NCBI GenBank assembly: GCA_043228905.1
Contig: JBHGNT010000003.1
Location: 24,614,001 to 24,678,000, forward strand
DNA length: 64,000 nucleotides
Source: Azolla caroliniana
Lineage: Eukaryota > Plantae > Polypodiophyta
Direction: 5' to 3'
In this document: positions 12,601 through 25,893 of the stretch, piece after piece
How positions within the stretch are numbered: position 1 is the stretch's first letter
Layout: each line of letters begins with the position of its first letter
Position numbers and translations under genes: made by a program
The notes under the pieces: generated by a model
What the model was told of the DNA's origin: nothing
Databases searched by the model: none
The model's input: the letters and a program-made list of their open reading frames with translations, nothing else

Positions 12601-12632
12601 TCCTCTCTCTCTCTCTCTCTTCTCTCTCTCTG

Positions 12633-12716
<84 letters not shown>
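12601..12716 (+). repeat. (CT)n(CA)n(CT)n microsatellite in the promoter/5' UTR of the WD40 gene
   Basis: Read directly; lies ~310 bp upstream of the ATG at 13029. Confidence 0.9.
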
Positions 12717-13028
12717 GCACGCACAGTCTCTGTGTCTTGTCTGCGTCGGCTTACAAAGGATTATGAAGACTTATCTGTTGCTCAGACGTAGATTACACAA
12801 TTTGAAATAAGGAAGATCCCTTCCCTTCCCTTTGTGTGAGGTCAATTAGCCAGAAGAAGCAGATAAAGAAAAGAAAAGAAAAACACGGCGAAGAAGGCGA
12901 AGAGAACATAATTCTGCTTTATCTCTCTCCTTTTGACCAGAGCTTTTTGTTCCCTCTTGGGTTCTTTTATATTTGGTGCTGTTATTTGTTATGTCTGCGT
13001 TGATGATATCGGTAAAGGCGATTGATTC

Positions 13029-16000
13029 ATGGCGGCCGCTTCTCCTCCTCCTCCTCCCCCCCCTCCGACAGCACAGTCCTCTTCTTCTGTTTCTCCATCG
13101 CCAGGTGTAAAGCCAAATTTCAAGACGCCCGAAGGCCGATACAAGTTCTCCCATGAGAAGACCCATTTTCCGAGTCCCCACTATGGCCATTCTAAAGCTT
13201 TCACTCAGGTTTTTGCTTAGATCCTTTTTTTTTCTCTTAAGTTTTTTGGATTTTTTCGCTCGGGTTTCAAATAAATTGCTTCAGTCATTGTTTTGTTTTT
13301 AAGCTATCTTATTTTTTAAGTGATATAAGTAATCTGCTTTATTTAGAAAAAACTGCTTTCAAGTTTGCTTTTTTATTTTTATTTGATGGATATTAGTCTA
13401 CAAAATGGCCATGCTGAACCTATCAATTAGGTTTTGTGTAGATCTTATTACTTACTAGAAGTTTTCAAGTTTTTAATCGGATTGTTATAGTTTTTTTTTT
13501 AATAAATGATTTTTGATGGAAAAACTGCTTTCAAGTTTCATTAAAAAATTATGGCATCAAGTTTTTTCTGTTAAATTAGTTTGCTTTTAACTTCTGTTTT
13601 ATAATCATTGAATGTATCCTGGGTGCAATAATTGTATATTCGGAGCAAAAACCTGCCAATTTTAGTGTAATTTGCAGTTTGCACCTCTGTTTAGTTTAAA
13701 TATTCTGGAAATTTTGAAATTGACAGTTGATATATCTCTAAATAATGTGATGCGTTCAAATACAAGTCCACCATATATTGGAATTGCTGTTAATAAATAA
13801 TTTTAAAGTTAATTAAAGGCCAATTCTAAAATAATGGTAATGGATGGATATTTTGAGACAATGTCAACAACTAGAGGCTGATAGTTGTGCTTTCCTGTGA
13901 AATTATGCAGAATATTCTCTCACACAACCTTAAGAAAATAAGTGAACCATAGAATCTCTCTGTAGAAATGGCTGAGAGAATCTATGCTATGCTTTTAGAA
14001 CTCCATGAACTATCCAAGTATAGATGACTGGGAAAATTTACGCTTGTAATCATGAAATATTGGGCTAATATTTCAACCTTCCACGAATCTTACTAGTAAT
14101 TACGAATTTCTTATTTTTAAAATTTTTTTGTTGGGATCTTTCTAAAGTCAGATTGTCAAAATAGTCAAAACATTTCAAGAACCAAAAAAAGTAGTCGTTG
14201 TCCAATGTTATTTAGTAATAGCATAATGCAGGCTGCATTCTTTACTAGTTTACCAAGGGATTAATGTACAAAGGGGCCATGAAACATACAGGATGTTTTT
14301 TTTCCCATGCTGATTAGCCTCATAAGCAAAGTGGAGATAACAAAAGAACATTATTTTAATAGGTTTACAGGTATAGGAGATATCCTTAACATGTACATAA
14401 CTCAGATACACTTCAATATAAACTGAGTGATAGTCTGGTTCCACCAGGTAATAGTAAATTTGCGGAATAAAAATCGAAGAATTTGGATTATCCATGTTTA
14501 ACTACATACTTTGGGAAATGAAGAAGTTCCTTCCCTGTAGAACCAACTCATATATATCTGACAGAAAGATTCAAAAACCTTGTGAGTTGAATTGGGTTAT
14601 TGGTGGATTGGGCTTTATGTGCATACCAACCAATTTCTTCTTTCTGGCTTAAAGAGTCGGAAGTTTCCAAAAACTGTGCAAGCTAACCATTTTGCCAATA
14701 TTATCCTCAATTGTTTTTCAACATAACTATCGTAATAGCATAATGCAGGTTGCATGACTGACGAGATTACAAATGAAGTAGATAGGGATTGAGATTATTA
14801 TACATTTCACCTCATTTTCTTTTCTGGCTCAAAAAAGCCAAACGTTTCCCAAAAACTTTAAGGTAGCGATTTGGTGAATATTACCCTGTATTTTTTTAAT
14901 GTAATCCAGTCTGATAATGTAGGATGACTGATTAAACTGCCAAGGAAGTACATAGGTAATTCAAACTTAAAGATTAATATACGTTGAACCTATTTCTTAC
15001 TTTGGCGTAAAATAGCCAAGGTTCAAAAGTTTCCAAATACCTTGAAAAGTTGCCAATATTAGATTTTCCAATACAGCCAATAATAAATTTATTACTGATA
15101 ACATATACATTTCAAACCCATTCTTCTTTTGACGTAGTATATCTATTTTTGACTTTGGCAGGTTACCATGGCTCACCTGAAGGAGAAGCCTATCCTAGCA
15201 TCGTCAGTGAATAGTAGCTTCAGTACGAGCAGTAGTGTAAAGCTGGTTACACAGAGATTTCTTTTGGGTTCTGTATCTGCTCCAAGATCACTAGGGTTTG
15301 GAGGAGGAAATGGTACTAATAAATTCACTGGAGGAGCTCAAAAATCTTCAGCCACACCTAATATTGGCATAGGTGTAACCAATGGTTCATCTGCCCCTAG
15401 CTATGATGGAGAGGGAACATATGCCATATTCAATGTCGGTGCCTCCCTTTGTATCAGTGACTACAATACACATGATAAGGTACGGGTATGTCTTTTGCTT
15501 GCTAAAGCTATGATTGTTTTTGGCATTGCATGACTAAATTTTTGTTGTATTGAGAATGTATTTACCATATAGAAAATGCTGGTTACTCATTCGATGCCTT
15601 TTGTTATATCTAATGAGCTGTGAACATATTAATTGTGATTGATGTATTATGAGTTAATCATTTTCAAGTATGTGGTACTAATAATGTCTTTTTGGGCTGC
15701 TAAACCTATTATTCTCGGTTTGCATAGTTAATAGTGTTTGGTCTGGCTAAAACCTTTTTTCTGCATAAAATATATGTACAATGTAGAAAACATTGATTAT
15801 GTTTTTGATGCCCAGTTCACTGTTTCAGGAACCAATTAAAGCTATTCTTTTCAGTAGCGGTATTCCAGTTTGTCATGCATTTGATTCAGAAGCCAAAGAT
15901 GGACATGATCTGCTGATTGGAATGAGCACAGGAGATGGTATGCATAATTATGCTGGACATGCATCTAATAATAGCAACAACCCTATTTGTTCAGTTTAGC

Positions 16001-19000
16001 AGTACAAATAATTTATATTCCTTTTTTTGGTTTACAGTGTTTTCTGTGTCATTGAGACAGCAACTGCAAGACCCTGGGAAGAAACCTTTTGGAGCCATGC
16101 ACTTCAACAAAGATGGTTCCATAAATAACAGGTAATGAGAAAATAAATAGAGGGACTAAAAGGGCATGTCTAAAACCAAGAGTACAAATATGAATTGGCA
16201 TGAATGAACTGTAAAAATTCAATAAAACTTGTCTATTTTTCAGTTTCTTTAACCATTGTTGGATTTCCTTTTTTTGTGGGGGGGATGGGTTAGTCATGTG
16301 CTCATTGCAGCAGAAGTAATATAATTGTTGATATCAGCCCATTCCGCATATTTCCATGATTTATGCTCCATAAGCAAACTGTCTTTTAGACCTTCTTAGC
16401 ATTTGAATACTCACATTGAACTCATTCTACATCCTATGAGAATCTTTCCGTTCAGATGTTTGAACTGATCTTTCTGTACAATTTACAAATAATGTAAAAC
16501 CCTTGGGGATATTTAAAAATGTGTTTCTGTGCTTTATGAATTGGAACATATTTGTGAAATCATATTTTGCAATCTAAGAAACTTCTTGTGGTCCCTGCAA
16601 TCTTTATCTAGTAATGTGTTGTAATGATATGTTATTGTCCATCACCAAAATAGCTTTTATTTGTCTTTTCAGTATTTTAATACTGATATCGCAACAAGAA
16701 GCAATTGAGGATATTGAATGTTCCAATTAACAATAGATTAATATGAACTGATTTATCTGGAGGGAATTGTTTAGAGTTGCTATGTTGATATATTGATTTA
16801 AGTAGACACATCTTTGGTACTGCCTATGGGTACTGTTTTTGTTGTTTGTTTTAAAATTAGTTGAGTGATTTAATGCAGCCGGTGCACGGCAATAGCGTGG
16901 GTTCCACAAGGAGATGGTCTTTTTGTTGTTGCGCATGCTGATGGAAACATTTATATCTATGATAAAGTAAAAAATCTTCTTTTTGCAATTCGATAAACTG
17001 ATATTGTTCTTCATTTTCCTTGTGCCTCTTGTTTTAACATGCCTGCTAATAATGCTGTGGCAGAATAAGGAGGGAAGCATTGATTCCACTTTTCCTCCTG
17101 TCAAAGAAGTTACACAATTCCTTGTTGTTCATGCGAGATCCAGCAAGGTCTTCTTTCTATCACTTTCTCTCTCTTGGGCTGTCCTTGTGTGGGTGCATAG
17201 TTAAGACTTTGATCACCTTGTGTCGCCTCTTCATGGATGACAGATATTAAAAACAAATTTATTGTGCAGTTCTTATTTGATGCTTGACTGTTGTATCAAT
17301 AAAATACGTGTATCAATTTAAGCCCTAGGACCATTGGATGATAAAATATTTCAGGTCTTTCAATTTTTCTGAGATGTGAGATCTCATTGATTGGTTTACT
17401 TCATGTGCTTTTAGATGTTGCTTGTTTTTATGTATAGATTATGAATTGATTATCTTGCCCATAAATCCCTCTCCACACGTATGTATGCATATGGGACTGT
17501 GTGCTTTGCAATGAGGAGTCATCTTCACACTTATATTTGAATATATTTTCTCTTATGAATCAAATTTCCCGGTGATGTCATTTATCATATAGTTAATATT
17601 GAACCATTATTCTCTATGCGAAATGACGAATGTCATAAAATCTCCCCGGTCTCTATCTAGACTTTTGACTGCTCACTTCTGTATTGGTTGGAGTATGTTT
17701 GTGAGAATGGGTAACCTCATAGTGCTCTATGACACTAAGGTGAAGCATGAGACACTAATTTTATACTGATGGATTGATGATGAGCATGTGATATATGTCA
17801 ATAGTAGCCAAGAAAATGAACGTAAACCTATTCCCAGTCCAAAAGATTCAGGGTTATGATAGATATGCTTCAAGTATATAATCATATCCAGGTGAGAAAA
17901 TTCTACATTATTTAGAAGGTGAATAAGGTGTCCCGTAACAAGAGGCACGAAGAACAGATTCCCATGAACAAATTTGTGTTATGCGCATAACCATAATTGA
18001 TCATGATATAGGTTTTCCATAGTTTTTCCTAATCTTATGATAAGTACGTGCAGGTATAGTTATCCCACACTGTAGAATTGAACATTGCAATTCATACCCT
18101 CGTTCCTTCCAGAATTAATATGCATGTACTCATCATAAGATTAGGAAAAACTATGGAAAACCCATCTCATGATCAGTTATGGTTATGCACGTAACAATTC
18201 AGAAACCCTTGTGAATCCTTCCCTGTTTTGCTTCTATATCTTAGTGAATATTATGCTGGGAAAATGAAGAACAGAGATGAAACAAGAGTCTCCAAGGTTT
18301 ATTTCGAATTGCAGCCTCTGACTTATCTTGTCACCGTCATGTTGCATTGTTTTCTTCTATATGATAATTGCAGTAACATTAGAAAACAGGGGAAGTGGTT
18401 GGTTCAAACATTTACAATATTAATAAGCATTGGGAAATGGTTGGTTCAAACAGGGGAAGTTTTTTCTTTCAGATGTAACCCCATAAAAATATATATCCTT
18501 AGCAAGTTAAGAATTCATATGATGCACATTAACTACACAATAGTTTCTGTTTAACATAAAACAAGATAGAAATATGAATACATATGCTTTGTCAACTAAA
18601 GAGTGAAGAAGATAAGCAAATAACTATGTGTCTTCAACTTGGGTTGTGGGTCAAAGAGATCAGCTCAATTTAGAGTTTTTGATAGAAACTTGGTGTACGA
18701 AGGTGTAGGAAATCCATAATGGAAAATTTTACAGCCCATTTTTTATTATATTTCTTAGAAAAGTGCAATAGAATCATGAGAAAAACTTTCAAACACCTGA
18801 AAAGAAGTTTAAGAAAACAAAATACAGAACACTGGTTACATGCAAATGGAACATGAAACGCTCTTGGAACTAAAAGTGGTAGTGAGAACATGGAAGTAAT
18901 TTTGTTGTTTTATATAAATGTTTGATGGTTCTCAAAATCATATATTTTATGCAGAGCAACCCTTTAGCCAGATGGCATATCTGCCAAGGCTCTATCAACG

Positions 19001-22000
19001 GCATTGCCTTTTCAGTTAATGGGGTGTTCTTGGCAACTGTTGGAAGAGATGGTATGCATATGCTGATTTTGTTTGTCTTCTGAAGTCATATTTGAGTATC
19101 TCCAATTAGTAGGTCTTGTGGCAAACATATATTCTGGCAAAATTTGACAGGATACCTTAGAATCTTTGATTTCAAGACAGAACAGCTTATGTCAGGTGGA
19201 AAAAGCTATTTTGGTGCTCTCTTGTGCTGTGCATGGAGGTAAATTTTTGTTCTTTATAATTTCTTATATTTGTTAAATAGGCACAGGCAGGCAGTATACA
19301 AATGTTGGTGCTCTCCGTTTTATGTAGAAATTGAATTCTAGGTCAGTCCATTAATGAAAAACAATCGTCTTTAGCTTTCTCTATGATTTTCTACGTGCTG
19401 GATGGATATGTTAAGTCATTGTTGATTCTTTATGCATCTGCAGTGATGTGTCATATTTAACTGATACCGTGTTCTTATTCCACTAATCAATTGACCAATG
19501 TTATTAATTGTGCTTTACCGAACTTCTGGAATGTCGGTTTTCTTGTTGCAAAGAGTACAGTGCAACTTATTTATGTCTAGAGCATTGTAGTGAAGCATAT
19601 GTTTTCCTTTTTTTTAGCATGGACAGCAAGTATGTGCTGACAGGAGGTGAAGATGACCTTGTCCAGGTTTGGAGTATGGAAGATCACGCTGTTGTAGCAT
19701 GGGGTGAAGGGCATAACTCTTGGGTAACTCTTTTACATATCTGCAAGAATATCTTTGTGACTTCTGAAATAATCCAGATTTATCACATGGAAATAAATGT
19801 GAACAATAAATGAAAACATTCTTGCATTCTAGGCACCTAAATGCATACATCAAGTAATTGAACAATTATTGTGCTATTTAACACAGAACAATCATGTCAT
19901 TCAATTATCACATCATTTCTATTTTAGCTTTTGTACTTTTCAAATTTTATAATTCATGAAAATTTGACTGGATTGTCGTGATATTCGACAGTTTGCTATT
20001 TCTTTATTCGTTGGTGCAGAACAGGTTTAAAACTAACTTCCTGTGTTTCCCAATCACTCTTTGAAAATGATAACGGTGTATCCAAACTTTTCTCCTTCTT
20101 CAAACATTCATTAAAGGGCATCTTTGTAACTGCTTTTTCGTCTTGAAAGATCGCCCATTCCCATCAGTGACGATCTTCATTTTTTCTTTTGCCTTACTCT
20201 TTTTGTTTGCTTCTTGCCTCTATATAGTTCCAGTTTTTGGAATGGTGTATCATAGATGCCCCATTTTTCTTTGCCTTATCTTTTTCACTTGCTTCTTGAA
20301 TCTGTGCATGTAGCCCCAGTTTTTGCAAAGGTGGATCATTTACTAAGTGATTTCATCTTATTCATCATCACTCTTATTTTTCATTAGCATGAAACATCAC
20401 CTATGTGATTTGAAGATATCGATGTCCTCATCACTTCACATGAGAACGCCATTATTTGATTATGTGACCATGTAGATTGCTAATGAGCTATTTGCTGGAA
20501 ATTATTGTGACGGCTTACTGCATACTTTGTTGTTCCCAGTTCTTTTAGGAGGCAGAGATAAAGAGGACAAAACGACTCGTCAATTCAAATAGAAATAAAT
20601 GACATTAAGAATGCCAAAAATGAGAAACACAGTTCAATGAGACGCATGGAATTTACTTGAACAATGGAAACATACAGAAAATACAGAAGAAAGTCGAATA
20701 CGCAGATATTCCATAATTCATTGAGAAGGAAAGAAGATTACTGGAGGAGCATGCATGGTCCCCTCATCACGTGACATAGCTTGATGTAACAATTATTGTG
20801 TTCCTTGACATTTAGTCTTCACTTCTCTGGAATCTGGTTTCTCATAATTTGATTGATTGGTTTGAAATGGCACGTGTTCTTTCTTTTTCTTGTTGGCTTC
20901 ACAGATTCCAATAACTTCTGCCTCTAGTAGACATTGATAAATCTTTCTTTTTTTATTTCAACTCTTCTTTCCTGTGCCAGGTGCACTCCACTGCATGGAA
21001 AATACCAGAGCTCATAGGAGGATACTTCTTCTGATTGCTTCTTTCAACTGCAGTGTCTTTGCCTTTGTGTTTTGGCTTTAACACTACCTTTTTAGAATCT
21101 TTAGAACCCCCAACTTTCTTGGTTGTTAGCACCTTCCTTTGTAGTGCATCTTTGATCAAAATGTAGGTTATTCAAGCAACCTGAATTTTCAAGATATTTT
21201 CTACATATTCCAACTATAGGCCAAGTCACATTCTTCTTCCTTGCTCATGCCCCACCAGCACGGTGAGCTTCTTCTTGCCAATTATTCTTCTCCACAACTA
21301 GATCTAGCTTCACACTTTGATATCATGGTGAGGGTTCTGGAACTTAATACACATAAGAAGCATACAGGGAAAGCAAATAGACAGTAAACATACAGAAAGC
21401 ACACAAGACTGTAGGAGAGAAGGAATATAACCTAAAAGGAGTTATGACATGTCTTGGTATTACTTACCAAGCGAGCGTCCATTGCGAAAGTGAATTTATT
21501 GATTGTTCATGTGTCTCATTATAATCTATCTCCTTGCTGCTTGATCAGAGATCTCTAGCAAGAGCAATGGAGCCCAGAACCTTTGTAGAAGAGCCATGGA
21601 TATACCCACATACTCTTGTACACACTGTGCAATGACAAACATAGATGATAAGCATGCAGATAATATAGGAAATATACAGTATCAATACGAAGGCTCGGGT
21701 GTAAGCTATATTGGATAACGATTCCGCTCTTTTCTTGAGCATTGTTAGCAACAACTTTTCCCAGTTTGTGTGTATTTTCAGCTTACCCATCCTTGGAATC
21801 ATGTTTTGGGGTTCACTCCCCTCATTGAGAATTTCCTCCTGTAATACCATGTACGGCTAAATGAGAAGTGTGCAGCTACTTTACTAATCCATCTCACTGT
21901 GCAGAGGCTCATATTTTCACGTGAGATGTTCTATGAGGCTGATAGTATCCTTTGTATGACAGGTTAGCGGGGTTGCATTTGATTCTTTCTGGACACAACC

Positions 22001-23096
22001 TGCTTCAGATGGCAGTGCTGATGCTGTAACTTATCGCTTTGGCTCTGTTGGACAGGTGTGTTTATTCTCAAATTTGTTCATCATTGATATGGGTTTTCTA
22101 CTTCTAGGTCTGAGAGATCTGTTCATGCCATAGTTGTTAAAAAACATGTATTTTATGTTCAGAATTTTGAGAATCGCTAAAGTTTGAACACTTATTCTAC
22201 ATTTTAGAACTTCTCAAAATGTTTCATGCATTTAGCGTTTATGCATTTGGTTCTGGAAACTAGTATTCACATTGTTCAATGCAAATATTTCTTTGTTAAC
22301 ATTGCATTTTAGTGTCAGTTTCTGAAGGCCTATTTTCTGAAAAGCACTACGGAAGTCCTTGAGACAAGGATTAAAATAACCTATTCCATGTTGTGCTGTT
22401 TCACCCTCTTATTTTAATCAATTTAACGACATTGAGGCATTGGGTGTAATCTGCAATAAAGTAACATTGAGGGTTTAATGACTTTGATGGATTGGGTGAT
22501 AATCTGTGATAAAGTAACATAGGATTTAACAATGTCGATATATTGGCTGGTAATAAATGACAAAAGAAAAATATTGAGTCAATAACTTATGGAATTTGTT
22601 GATAATCTATAATAAAGAAACAGCATATATATGATTTAATAATATTTATATAGTCGTCTATGATAAAATAACACAGAGTTGCTACATTTTGTCATGCCTT
22701 CAGGATACACAGCTACTTCTATGGGATCTTTCCATGGATGAGGTAGTAATGCCTCTTAGGAGATTGGCTCCTTCAGGAGGTTCTCCCACTTTTAGTAGTG
22801 GAAGTGGCCAGGCATCGTACTGGGACAATCCACAACATCGATTCGGGGTATTGCAAGCCCCACCTGTAAGGAGAGAGGTTCCAAAGCTTTCACCTGTTGT
22901 AGCCCATCGTGTCCACGTCGAACCTTTATCTGGAATCTTGTTCACAAAAGATGCTATCCTAACAGTTTGTCATGAAGGACAAGTTAAAGTGTGGACAAGA
23001 CCAGATAGTAACTCAGCTGACACTTCTTCCAAGGATGCTAACTCAACTATGAACAACAACAGCAGTAAGTTGGGAAGTGGACATAGTAAACATTGA
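13029..23096 (+). CDS. WDR20: WD40-repeat protein of the WDR20/DMWD/CreC family (~549 aa, 11 exons)
   Basis: GT-AG exons in consistent phase: 13029-13208, 15162-15479, 15829-15937, 16038-16131, 16879-16966, 17064-17147, 18955-19051, 19151-19238, 19618-19723, 21963-22055, 22704-23096 (1650 nt). Family motifs: FKTPEGRYK, KSYFGALLCCAWS, LTGGEDDLVQVW, GEGHNSWVSGVAFD, YRFGSVGQDTQLLLWDL. Confidence 0.93.
17977..18196. repeat. Intronic foldback: 76-bp arms (17977-18052 and 18121-18196) with a 68-nt loop; MITE-like or hairpin-RNA locus
   Basis: Arms align without gaps with 7 differences; 3 of these are G-U wobbles on the sense transcript. Confidence 0.9.
20950..21637 (-). mobile_element. Truncated LTR-retrotransposon relic (LTR, PBS, gag-like start) in WD40 intron 9
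   Basis: TG...CA-bounded segment 21326-21637, with an adjacent tRNA-Met-like PBS (tgatatcaaag on the minus strand, cf. tggtatcagag) at 21315-21325. Downstream Lys-rich ORF fragment at 20953-21159. Confidence 0.45.
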
Positions 23097-24736
23097 AATG
23101 TTCGCGGATTTTTTCACAAATGGTATGTACTGTTGAGAACTTGGACCGTTTTTCTTTTGCTTAGAAATGGGGAATTCGGATTGTGTTTCTTCACTTATAA
23201 ATGATGAATTTGGCTGTTTAATTTGGGTTAAGAACAGATTTGGACAGTTTCTTTAGTTTGCCATTTGGGCAGTTTTTTACTTTTACTTAAAACCTGAGGG
23301 AGTGGGCTATTTTTTCCTTTTTGCTTAGAAATTAGGAATTTGGGTTTTTTTTTCTTAGTTTGCCTAGGAACGATTGAACTGTGTTTTTCTTTTTGTTAGA
23401 AGAAATTAAGTATCTTGGGCTATTTTCCTTTTGCTTTGTGAGCACTGACAGCATTGTTTTCTCTTGATAGCAACAGAGAGAGGAGGTAGTAGTCCATTGG
23501 CTATCGGACTACCCAACTGTTATATAAATACTCATGCATTTGGACTATCGATGGATCGGTGCAGTATCACAATTTGGACTGCATGTTCATATTGGGAATA
23601 TATGGAGATTACTTTCTCTCTGGCTCTTTTTGTACACAACAAAAATGGTATAAAATGCAAATATTATTGCCCTCTGGATGGTGGGTTTGCCACTATTTTG
23701 TTTCTCTATATTTCAGGGGATTTTTTCTGAATGGTTTGATTATTTACTTTCGGGAAACAGAAGAAAGAGGTCAGGAATAATTGAGGAGAATCAGAACAAG
23801 TTCAAAAGCAAGTGGTCTACACATTTATATAGATAGAAAGGGAGGGAGAGAAAATGAAAGAGTACAAATCCATTGTGGTGAGATTTGTTATGTAAACGAC
23901 ACAGGACAGCTCCCCACTAAAATTGTGATTAGTTCATTTATCCCGTTGAACATGTCTTTAGTTATTTATCTCTTTAAGCATGACTAGTTAATTTTATTCA
24001 CCAAATGTGTAATTAGTTATTTTATCCTTCAATAGTTAATGTGGTATCAGTTGTGATACTGTCTTATTCTTTGTATGTGATTAGATTTATTTACGTTCTG
24101 TATATGTATATCATTAGTTATTTACATTCTGTATATTCTAATCATACATCTACTCACTCTCTTTAAAAAATCACAATTCAAATACCTCTTGTTCACATGG
24201 TCAACTCTCTCATTACAAGACTAAATGGCAACACTGCGAAAGCTCTGTTGAGAGAACCACCAAATCAATCATCATCATTATTTCCTGTGTTACTCCATGG
24301 ACAAAATCAAAGGAGACTCATTTCTGACTCTCTTTACTGTACCTTGGGCCCTGCTATCTGTGGTCAAATAGCTTGTATATTTGGTTCTCTCAGCAAAAAC
24401 CCACTTAAAGTTGAAAATGGTCCTAGTTAAGAATGCTTTAAATAAAGATGTAACAAACTAAGTAGATTTATGCATGTCCGATAACAAACTACATTCGGTA
24501 GCCATGCATTCCCTTTTGTCTCTTTTAGTATGTATGCATAGGACTACTTTCAATAGTTGGCATTTTGCATAATCTTAGTATTTCCTTTCCAATGCATGGG
24601 ACTACATTGTAGCCGGCATTTGTATTCAACATATGTTCTACCCTTCCGTTGTAACCAATATACCTTGCATCACTCTCCCTCCCACTCACTTTCTCTTGCA
24701 TGATATCCTTCCCCTATAGTCTCTCTCTATATTAAC

Positions 24737-25480
24737 TTTACCCCTCTTTTATCTTTACCTAATTCTCATCATACCTTTACTTATTTTTAACTCTACCCCT
24801 TCCCTCACTTTTCAATATTTTCACTATACCCTCCCCCTTCCTTTTCCTTATCTTTAACTCTACCCCTCACATTTTAACTTTTAGCATCCTCCCCTAATTC
24901 AGTTTCTCCTATTTTCTAATTCTACCCCTCACCTCTTAATTTTTAGCCTCTTCCCCTCATTCTCTTTTTTCCTATTTTCTAATCCTACCCCTCCCCTCAC
25001 CTTTTATTGTTTCCAATTTTTTTTTTTTTTCTAACCATCACCTCCCCCCTATTTTTTCCTAATTTGATCTGCTACCCCTCCCTTTACTTTTTCATTGCCA
25101 CTCTAACTTTACCTCTACCTTTCCTTATCTCACACCAAGTATATGAAATGATTTGGGTGTGCTTGAATCGTTCTTGGTGATCTTTTCACTTCATTCCCAC
25201 TTTATCAATTTACTCTACCCTTGTCTCGTTCACTAATTTCAATCTACCCCTTTCCCCCTTCCTTTTTTCGAGAATTACATTCATACCCCTCCCTCTTTTA
25301 GTAATTTTCTCGTACCCCTCCCCCTTTCATTCTTCTTAATCTCACTCTACCCTTTCCTCCACTTTAATTTCCAATCTACCCTCCAATTCTTCCTACCCCC
25401 CTCCTTTTTTCAAAGATCTCCATACAATCTAACATACTTCACCATCCCTAACTCCTACCTCACACACTTCTCTCCTACCC
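24737..25480. repeat. Pyrimidine-rich degenerate array of (C)TACCCCT(C) motifs
   Basis: tacccct/taccct recurs many times in a C/T-rich, G-poor tract that ends shortly before the (CA)n(CT)n and TATA box. Confidence 0.8.
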
Positions 25481-25615
25481 TTCCTCTCTCTTTCTCTCTC
25501 ACACTCCCCAACATGTTTTTCAAATAAGCCCATAAAATCTTCTATCCCACACCAAATATATCAAACCCCATATCTCCTACATCATCAAATTTGAACACAC
25601 ACACACACACACACA

Positions 25616-25658
<43 letters not shown>

Positions 25659-25687
25659 ACACACACACACACATCCCTTATCTTCCC

Positions 25688-25695
25688 TATATAAA
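25688..25695 (+). promoter_or_regulatory. TATA box directly upstream of the hammerhead motif
   Basis: ccc-TATATAAA-cccc in a plant-type context, downstream of (CA)n(CT)n at 25596-25672. Confidence 0.5.
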
Positions 25696-25710
25696 CCCCT
25701 CCAATTCTAT

Positions 25711-25768
25711 ATGGTCATGTGCACTGATGAGCTCCTTAGGAGCGAAACTAGTTTGCCACATCGACCAT
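25711..25768 (+). ncRNA. Minimal type I hammerhead ribozyme motif
   Basis: Stem I 5' strand atggtc-atgt-gca; core CTGATGA (25724-30); stem II gctcc-tta-ggagc; GAAA (25744-47); minimal palindromic stem III c-ta-g; cleavage triplet GTT (25751-53); stem I 3' strand tgc-c-acat-c-gaccat (13 bp, two single-C bulges). Confidence 0.85.
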
Positions 25769-25841
25769 TTCTTTGTATTACTTTTTAAGTTTCTTAATAT
25801 GAATTAGTTTTTAGTCTATTTCTCTCTCTCTAAACTTTGTA

Positions 25842-25893
<52 letters not shown>

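Noticed and set aside
12510-12810. Short ORFs rich in RERE/CVCV/HTHT
   Set aside because: Translations of microsatellites; the same applies at 9294-9703, 25591-25788 and 45667-46178.
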